A stretch of 62,819 bases of DNA, filler included, from Nemertoderma westbladi (lineage: Eukaryota; Animalia; Xenacoelomorpha): assembly GCA_032718475.1 (NCBI GenBank). It is 3 parts of 3 records of this genome, joined end to end, with 100 filler letters (N's around TTAATTAATTAA, not from the genome) between each part and the next. Parts side by side here need not be neighbours in the genome. Positions count along the whole stretch, not along the records: positions 40,172 to 62,819 come from JAUCBJ010003574.1; 2 more parts are not named here. The stretch is one strand, 5' to 3'. The notes under the pieces are model-generated. The model ran no database searches, was not told the origin of the DNA, and saw only the letters and a program-made list of their open reading frames with translations. Of the stretch, positions 52,565 through 62,819 are shown piece by piece (the first letter of the stretch is position 1; each line of letters opens with the position of its first letter). A program made the position numbers and the translations under genes.

Positions 52565-55345
52565 TGTTGAATTTTATCCAGCAGAACAAATAGGGAAATA
52601 TTGGGATTACATACACCAGCAGTTTATTGTAGGGTTACAGTATATTGTACATAATGCAGAACCATTACATGGAAGGTACTGCAGACAAAGTACAAAAGTT
52701 ATAGAACAAAACCGGACCGGTACGGTATAATCCAGTCATATATAGATCATAGTCAAAAGGACAGTTTTGAATTTCCCGCCCACCTTAGAGTACATTATTT
52801 AATCGTACACTTTCAACACTCCCACTCGATTCAATTATCTCGTGAGTTAGGGAACTATTTGGTTCATTACACCCAGTTTATGGCGTAATCCTAAGAATTT
52901 CTCCCGTGCTAGTCCCTTTGTGAGAATATCAGCCATCATGTTTTGAGTTGGGCAGTATTTAATATCCACTTCACCATTCTCGATCTTCTCCCTGATGAAG
53001 TGGTAGCGGATATCTATGTGCTTCGTTCGACGATGTTGAATTGGATTCTTAGCCAACGCAATCGCCCCCTGGTTATCCTCATATATAGTTCCGCTATTGA
53101 GATGAGCCATCCCAATATCAGCCAGCAATCTGCTCAACCAGATGTATTCTTGGCATGCTGAAGTTAGAGCAATGTATTCAGCCTCAGTGGTTGATAACGC
53201 AACAACAGGTTGTTGTTTACTTTGCCAACTTATGGCCCCTCCATTGAATGTAAACACATAACCAGATGTGGATTTGCGATTTGACTCGTCCCCAGCCCAG
53301 TCAGAATCACAATATCCGACCAATAGTCCATTGTCGTTTCCAACGAATTTGATTCCGTAATCCACTGTCCCCTTTATGTATCGTAGTAAACGCTTGATGC
53401 CTGCCCAGTGTGTCGCTCCAGGTTTAGATACAAAATGAGATAAAACGCCCACAGCCTGAGCAATATCTGGTCTAGTTCCAATCGCGGCATATAGCAAGCT
53501 TCCAATAACTGCTTGGTACAGTGCAGTATCGATACCCTCATCATCATCTGCGAGTTTATCAAACTTCGCATTAACTTCCATAGGAGTTGACACTGGATTA
53601 CAACAGTCCATCCCAAAGCGGTACAAGATGTCTTTCAGGTATTGACTCTGAGAAATTGACATTTCCTTTGATTGACGATTCCTTGTGATAACCATTCCTA
53701 GTATATATTCTATCTCACCTTGATCAGTCATCTGAAACTTTGACATCAATAGTGTTTTCTCTTCATTGAGTAGATCGATGCAATTTGATGCAATAATCAA
53801 GTCATCCACGTATACTGACAATAGGATGAATCTGTTATCTACTTTCTTAACATAAATACAGTTATCAGCCCCCGATTGTCTGTAACCCTCTCCTTTAAGG
53901 ACTTTATCAAGTCTCCTATTCCAGAGACGTGCTGATTGTTTCAACCCATATATACTTCTATTTAGTTTACAAACAGAGTTAGGGTATTCCTTATCTATGT
54001 ATCCCTGTGGCTGCTTCATGTATATATTTGAATCAATCACCCCATTTAAAAAAGCCGTCTTGACATCTAACTGGTGCACATCCAGGTTAAGTTCATTCGT
54101 AATAGCTAATAGAAGTCGAATTGAACTGTAGCGTGCAACAGGGGCAAATACTTCTTTAAAATCAATTCCTTGTTTCTGTGAGTAGCCCTGAGCTACCAAT
54201 CGTGCCTTGAATCTACTGACATTCCCTTTGCTATCCCGTTTAATCTTGTAGGTCCATTTGCTCCCTACGAGATTCTTGTCATTTGGTAGTTCTACCAAAT
54301 TCCACGTATTATTTTCAGTCAGTGAGTTTATTTCATTGTCCATTGCTTCCTTCCATTGTTTATTATATGGACCCTGTGAAGCCTCATCGTAGGTTCGTGG
54401 CTCGTCCGACTCGATTATCATGGCGAATTCTGCATTGTCTGAAGCTTGAGGTATTAGGTCGTGTCGCCAATCACGTGTTTCCCACCAGTTTCCCCGAATG
54501 ACCCCTGGATCCGATTCCGGCTCTCTATGTTCACGGCGCGGATATCTATTAATCTCTATTGGGGCCCCTCCAGCCACTACATTATGGCCATCATCACCAT
54601 ACAGATGCTGGGCTCCCACTGGATCTCTAGTTTCAGTATTCTGTGGGATACTGAATACATGACTATCACCTAATTCATCGTACACCTCCTTTGCAGTTTT
54701 CGCAAAGTTATTCTCAATAAACTTTACATCTCTACTAACCAACATCTTCTTAGATTCTGGACAGAAGAATTTGTAACCTTTATGTTCGTTGCAGTAACCA
54801 ACGAATCTGCACCGAATGGATTTTGCATCCAATTTCTTCCTTGTCTTATCAGGGATATGAATGTAAGCATCACAACCAAATACTCGCAGATTACTTACGT
54901 CTGGTTTGTGGTCATGCCAAACTTCATATGGAGTCTTTCCTCTAATAACTGACGTTGGACTCCGATTCCTTAAGTATACGGCCGTACTGACGGCTTCCGC
55001 CCAGAAACACTTAGGCAATGAAGAGTTATGGAGCATTGATCTTACACTTTCCATTAGTGTTCGATTTAGCCTTTCAGCTATCCCATTCTGCTGTGGAGTA
55101 TGTGGTACACTGAATTCTCGTTGAATACCTCGTTCCGAACAATAATTATTGAATTCATTTGATGTGTATTCCCCACCATTGTCGAGAACCATTACATGGA
55201 AGGTACTGCAGACAAAGTACAAAAGTTATAGAACAAAACCGGACCGGTACGGTATAATCCAGTCATATATAGATCATAGTCAAAAGGACAGTTTTGAATT
55301 TCCCGCCCACCTTAGAGTACATTATTTAATCGTACACTTTCAACA
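52565..55345 (-). mobile_element. Ty1/copia LTR retrotransposon with an internal deletion, inserted in the satellite
   Basis: Complete 254-bp LTR at 52565-52818 (TGTTGAA...TTCAACA); partial LTR at 55185-55345 identical to 52658-52818; 5-bp TSD TTTAC at 52560-52564 and 55346-55350; PPT agtgggag on the minus strand next to the 3' LTR. Confidence 0.95.
52847..55222 (-). CDS. Copia pol remnant: integrase core, reverse transcriptase and RNase H (791-aa open frame)
   Basis: DNGGEY, PQQNGIAERLNRTL, FWAEAV, KARLVAQG, QLDVKTAFLNG, YGLKQS, YVDDL, YCDSDWAG, STTEAEY, KHIDIRYHF, ADILTK; IN-RT-RH order as in copia. Confidence 0.95.
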   Translation of the reverse strand: MYFVCSTFHVMVLDNGGEYTSNEFNNYCSERGIQREFSVPHTPQQNGIAERLNRTLMESVRSMLHNSSLPKCFWAEAVSTAVYLRNRSPTSVIRGKTPYEVWHDHKPDVSNLRVFGCDAYIHIPDKTRKKLDAKSIRCRFVGYCNEHKGYKFFCPESKKMLVSRDVKFIENNFAKTAKEVYDELGDSHVFSIPQNTETRDPVGAQHLYGDDGHNVVAGGAPIEINRYPRREHREPESDPGVIRGNWWETRDWRHDLIPQASDNAEFAMIIESDEPRTYDEASQGPYNKQWKEAMDNEINSLTENNTWNLVELPNDKNLVGSKWTYKIKRDSKGNVSRFKARLVAQGYSQKQGIDFKEVFAPVARYSSIRLLLAITNELNLDVHQLDVKTAFLNGVIDSNIYMKQPQGYIDKEYPNSVCKLNRSIYGLKQSARLWNRRLDKVLKGEGYRQSGADNCIYVKKVDNRFILLSVYVDDLIIASNCIDLLNEEKTLLMSKFQMTDQGEIEYILGMVITRNRQSKEMSISQSQYLKDILYRFGMDCCNPVSTPMEVNAKFDKLADDDEGIDTALYQAVIGSLLYAAIGTRPDIAQAVGVLSHFVSKPGATHWAGIKRLLRYIKGTVDYGIKFVGNDNGLLVGYCDSDWAGDESNRKSTSGYVFTFNGGAISWQSKQQPVVALSTTEAEYIALTSACQEYIWLSRLLADIGMAHLNSGTIYEDNQGAIALAKNPIQHRRTKHIDIRYHFIREKIENGEVDIKYCPTQNMMADILTKGLAREKFLGLRHKLGVMNQIVP

Positions 55346-57218
55346 TTTACTGTGTAAGATCACCCATGGTGGTGAACAGGCATTCCTTTAGGAAACACGA
55401 GTGGAAGGGTTTACTGTGGAAGATCACCCATGGTGGTGAACAGGCATTCCTTTAGGAAACAGAGTGGAAGGGTTTACTGTGGAAGATCACCCATGGTGGT
55501 GAACAGGCATTCCTTTAGGAAACAGAGAGGAAGGGTTTAATGTGGAAGATCAGCCATGGTGGTGAACAGGCATTCCTTTAGGAAACACGAGTGGAAGGGT
55601 TTACTGTGGAAGATCAGATCACCCATGGTGGTGAACAGGCATTCCTTTAGGAAACACGAGTGGAAGGGTTTACTGTGGAAGATCACCCATGGTGGTGAAC
55701 AGGCTTTCCTTTGGGAAACAGAGTGGAAGAGTTTACTGTGGAAGATCACCCATGGTGGTGAACAGGCATTCCTTTAGGAAACAGAGTGGAAGGGTTTACT
55801 GTGGAAGATCACCAATGGGGGTGAACAGGCATTCCTTTAGGAAACAGAGAGGAAGGGTTTAATGTGGAAGATCAGCCATGGTGGTGAACAGGCATTCCTT
55901 TAGGAAACACGAGTGGAAGGGTTTACTGTGGAAGATCAGATCACCCATGGTGGTGAACAGGCATTCCTTTAGGAAACAGAGTGGAAGGGTTTACTGTGGA
56001 AGATCACCCATGGTGGTGAACAGGCATTCCTTTAGGAAACAGAGAGGAAGGGTTTAATGTGGAAGATCACCCATGGTGGTGAACAGGCATTCCTTTAGGA
56101 AACACGAGTGGAAGGGTTTACTGTGGAAGTCGATCACCCATGGTGGTGAACAGGCATTCCTTTAGGAAACAGAGTGGAAGGGTTTACTGTGGAAGATCAC
56201 CCATGGTGGTGAACAGGCATTCCTTTAGGAAACAGAGAGGAAGGGTTTAATGTGGAAGATCAGCCATGGTGGTGAACAGGCATTCCTTTAGGAAACACGA
56301 GTGGAAGGGTTTACTGTGGAAGATCAGATCACCCATGGTGGTGAACAGGCATTCCTTTAGGAAACACGAGTGGAAGGGTTTACTGTGGAAGATCAGATCA
56401 CCCATGGTGGTGAACAGGCATTCCTTTAGGAAACACGAGTGGAAGGGTTTACTGTGGAAGATCAGATCACCCATGGTGGTGAACAGGCATTCCTTTAGGA
56501 AACACGAGTGGAAGGGTTTACTGTGGAAGATCAGATCACCCATGGTGGTGAACAGGCATTCCTTTAGGAAACACGAGTGGAAGGGTTTACTGTGGAAGAT
56601 CAGATCACCCATGGTGGTGAACAGGCATTCCTTTAGGAAACACGAGTGGAAGGGTTTACTGTGGAAGATCAGATCACCCATGGTGGTGAACAGGCATTCC
56701 TTTAGGAAACACGAGTGGAAGGGTTTACTGTGGAAGATCAGATCACCCATGGTGGTGAACAGGCATTCCTTGGCTTAACGAGCCTAAAAGATTATCCCAT
56801 TAATTTATTCATTAAACAGTTTAGTTTAAATAAATTTCCATTACCTCCAAAGCATGTCAATAATTTTATTACAGATTAGGTATTCTAGAACTCAAGTTGT
56901 CTCGTAAATTCCAGCTGCATGGCTGAGTGTTTAGGGCGCTTTCGATATAATAATAATCGCATTTCAACAAAACTGTTTAATTAATAACTATAGAATAGCT
57001 ATGAATCTAACACAATATCTGAATTTCGATGAAAAGATATAGGGCCGTTCGAAATGCTATATTTTTAAGATTTGTGGGGGCGGGGAAGGGGGGGGGGGGG
57101 GAGTCACGAATTACGACACTAATATTCCGGGACGTGGTTTAATTAGTTGCTAATAATAGTGTCGGTCCCTTAGCAGTACTTAATTCGTAGAATTAACATC
57201 ATTAATTGTTTATTTCAG

Positions 57219-59846
<2,628 letters not shown>

Positions 59847-62679
59847 CGCAATTCGCCTGATATATATTGCGTTGTCATGGTTCCCAATAATTGGGTTGGA
59901 CCCCACCAATTTCCTCGAATAGTTCCCTAAACCTTGTAAATGTAACCTCGACCGTGTAATGATCACATTGATTCGGCATTATAAACTCATACAGCGCCTG
60001 TTATTTTTCTGTACCACATAATATTGTGCTGAATTACATTTTCGTACTTATTTCTTATGAGCGATTGTTTTCCGGTTGCTAAGATATTTCTGTTGCCATT
60101 TGGTAACTAATAGTTACATATTTACTATAATTTCCCACTGCAGTTTGGGGTATTGGCCCTCTCATTGCAATATCATCGGTTCGCTATATCGCATTTACCG
60201 ATACTTTAGAGACAGTGTCGTTACTATGAGAGGTCGTGCAGCTGTTATTTTACCTGTAGTTGTATTTTTATACTTTATGTCACTATCGTTTGTTTTTAGA
60301 CATTCCACTTGTTATTAATTAATGTTGATTAGTTTTAGTCCCGTGGTTTTATTTATATTAATTTATCGTGTCATTTAATTTAATATTTATTTCAGTTGTA
60401 TTTTATTTATAAAACAATATTTATTATTTAAGCTCAATATTATATATTTATTCAATAGTCGACTATTTTTAATATCGACTTTAGATTGATAATGATTTAA
60501 CATTTTACAACATTGAGTTAAAATAATCTTAGAGCATTGAAATGATAGCGTACCGTAATCTCTATGCGCAAACTGATATAGTCGCATATATAGTTCGTAT
60601 TCACTAATTTATTCCAATTAGTTTGTTTTAATTTACAAACACGTGTGTTGTTGTTGTCGTTCTGCGTATCTCCGATAAATATTATTGTAAATATTAATTA
60701 AAATCCGCAAAATTAATTTACCAATTTATATCCCAAACCGATTTATATCTCGAACCCTTTTTATATTCACACCATCGAAATCAAAACATGGGATATACCG
60801 GATGTAATTATATCCCATTTGAAAATATATTATTTATTATCGGATCAAACAGCTGCTTTTATATTGGATTCGAATTATCCCTACTTTCGACCCCCCCCCC
60901 CCCCCCCTCACTTCTATTGATTGTGTAACTGTGGTTCGTGATGGTTTTATGCCCTCTACTGGTGTATTGAGGAACGATAGTTTGTGAGTAACTCGTTTTA
61001 GTCTAAAACTTTTTGGTATTTTATAGTAAAAGTTTGTGCAGTTGTTCCATGTTTCGGTACATAATTAGGTGTATCTGAGTCTGACTTTCGGCCTAGTGTA
61101 GTATTTTCGTATTTGATTAGTAAACCTGTCTGACTAGTACTTAAAATATAACTTATGGCGTAGATAAGGTATTTTTTAATGTCACGTTTATTATGATTTT
61201 AAATTAAATTTGTAATATTTCTCATACATTTGGTATATTAATAATATTCCGTTGAGTGTATCTTCTACCTAAACTATGTTTCCACATAATAATTAGGTTA
61301 CACGTTATTTGTTAACCTGGAGAAACTATTATTTGTTCCCAAATAAAATCTTATAAATTTACAAATAAATAATATTATGACAGACGAATAATATCATTTG
61401 TAACCAACACTATTATGCTATATAAATCACCAGCAAATATACCCAAACCCGTTAGTATCACTACGTTAATAAATTATTCATTCAATTCCAACATTTATTT
61501 TTAATCCAACAATAAAAAATTATTATCTTTTTTTCATATCAACCGAATTCATTTAATTCCGGGCTTACGATTCAGTTTGGCACTGAAACACTGTAGAAAC
61601 AGGCCACGATTAATTTACACTACACTCTTTGTTTATTATTACTTCAGCATGACAATGTGTTTTGGATGAACAAGTTCTACATCTATTTTAATGATAAATC
61701 ATTTTAGAATCAGGTTTCTCTTGTATATTCCAGTTAACTATTACATTTTTTTAACTGAATCTCACATTCCAATGATTGTATTATATTTGGTGCAATAAAC
61801 TGATTCTAAAACTAAATTTACTAAATATATGTGTAAGTTATAGTTATAATATATACTAAATTATTGTTTGTGTTAATAAACATACTGATTGTTCTTCATC
61901 GTCACCATTGGTTTAAAAAGAGTACATAATCATAGATGTCACTTAATGTTGCGAATATGAAATTGTAAAATAAATTGTCATTCTGTTACACAGTATCATC
62001 AATCTTCTATAGATTTTGGAGTCTGTAATGGGGTGGGAGGGGTGGGGGTCGGTCTGGGGTTGGACATTAATTAGCTACGAACTAATTAAATCTAAACAAG
62101 AGCCGACAATTATTTACACAGAGCTAGCTATACTGTTCAACCAGACACAGACAGTGTCAGTATAATAATATAAGAATAATATAATAATAGTGCCAGAATA
62201 ATAGTGTCGTAATTCAATGACACGACCCCCCCCCCCCCCCCCAAAAAAAAAATTTCTTAATGAGATTGAATGAAATTTGAAACAGAGTTAGTTTCCTCTC
62301 CCTTCTCCTTAGTGGGTGAGTCGGAATTTTTATTTTTGCTTTCATTCTTTAGCCACAAACGTTTGAAAAAGGGATCTCCGACGATATTGCACTAGGTACA
62401 CCGCAGTTATTCTTGAACCTTATAGTGATTTGTTGGTACTGTTAGAAAGCTGGCCATGCAAGGATTCCAAATATGTAAAACAATCTCAAATTCGTTGAAA
62501 AATAGAGTACACCATACGTTTGTGGGGGGTGAGGGGTGAGGGGGGTGGGGGCATGTACAGTACCAGAATAATGACACTACTGTATATTCCAAGACGTCAT
62601 CTTGTATTAATCTTGTAGTTCCCCCAACACGCCTCTGCAACCGGTAAAACGAACTTAGATCCTGCAAGGCCTGACTTTG

Positions 62680-62819
62680 ATGAACTTAGATCTTTGCGAA
62701 CAAAGATCCTAGCTGGGTGAACTTAGATCCTAACTCGGTGAACTTAGATCCTAACTAGGTAAACTCAGATCCTAACTAGGTGAACTTAGATCCCAACTAA
62801 GTGAACTTAGATCCTAACT
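62680..62819. repeat. 21-bp minisatellite (ggtgaacttagatcctaactN) running off the window end
   Basis: Directly visible tandem units. Confidence 0.85.

Larger units (their letters stand above)
40172..56771. repeat. 63-bp satellite array (~16.6 kb including two transposon insertions), with 64- and 69-bp variants
   Basis: Unit gatcacccatggtggtgaacaggcattcctttaggaaacagagtggaagggtttactgtggaa repeated continuously in 40172-45723, 47953-52564 and 55346-56771. Confidence 0.99.

Noticed and set aside
40172-56771. CRISPR-like array or repetitive protein genes (MVVNRHSFRKQSGRVYC repeats)
   Set aside because: The units are contiguous with no unique spacers and no cas genes, in a eukaryotic context. The ORFs arise because 63 and 69 are multiples of 3, and they are broken by indel variants.

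Overview
Repeat-rich eukaryotic (invertebrate-like animal) genomic scaffold. It consists of three contigs joined by two artificial 100-nt gap spacers (N44-TTAATTAATTAA-N44). Host genes: a spliced secreted LDL-receptor class A (LDLa) repeat protein (7206-9205, +); a very basic Arg/Lys/Ser-rich protamine-like ORF (12820-13221, +); an ARID1A/B (osa/BAF250) orthologue with at least 12 coding exons on the minus strand (25428-38719, 5' end unresolved); and the last four exons of a PP1 catalytic subunit gene (57219-59846, +). Mobile DNA: several decayed RTE-type LINE copies, a decayed Bel/Pao LTR retrotransposon followed by a Cys-rich accessory ORF, several MITEs (MULE-type, piggyBac-type, foldback), and a ~16.6-kb 63-bp satellite carrying a Mutator (MULE) transposon and an internally deleted Ty1/copia element. 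Two observations stand out. (i) A 60-bp minisatellite in ARID1 has amplified an exon end together with its 5' splice site, giving 13 in-phase candidate donors, of which only the first avoids a premature stop. (ii) A hammerhead-ribozyme motif lies between Pol III A- and B-box matches inside a 66-bp inverted repeat. All calls come from reading the sequence; no database searches were run.
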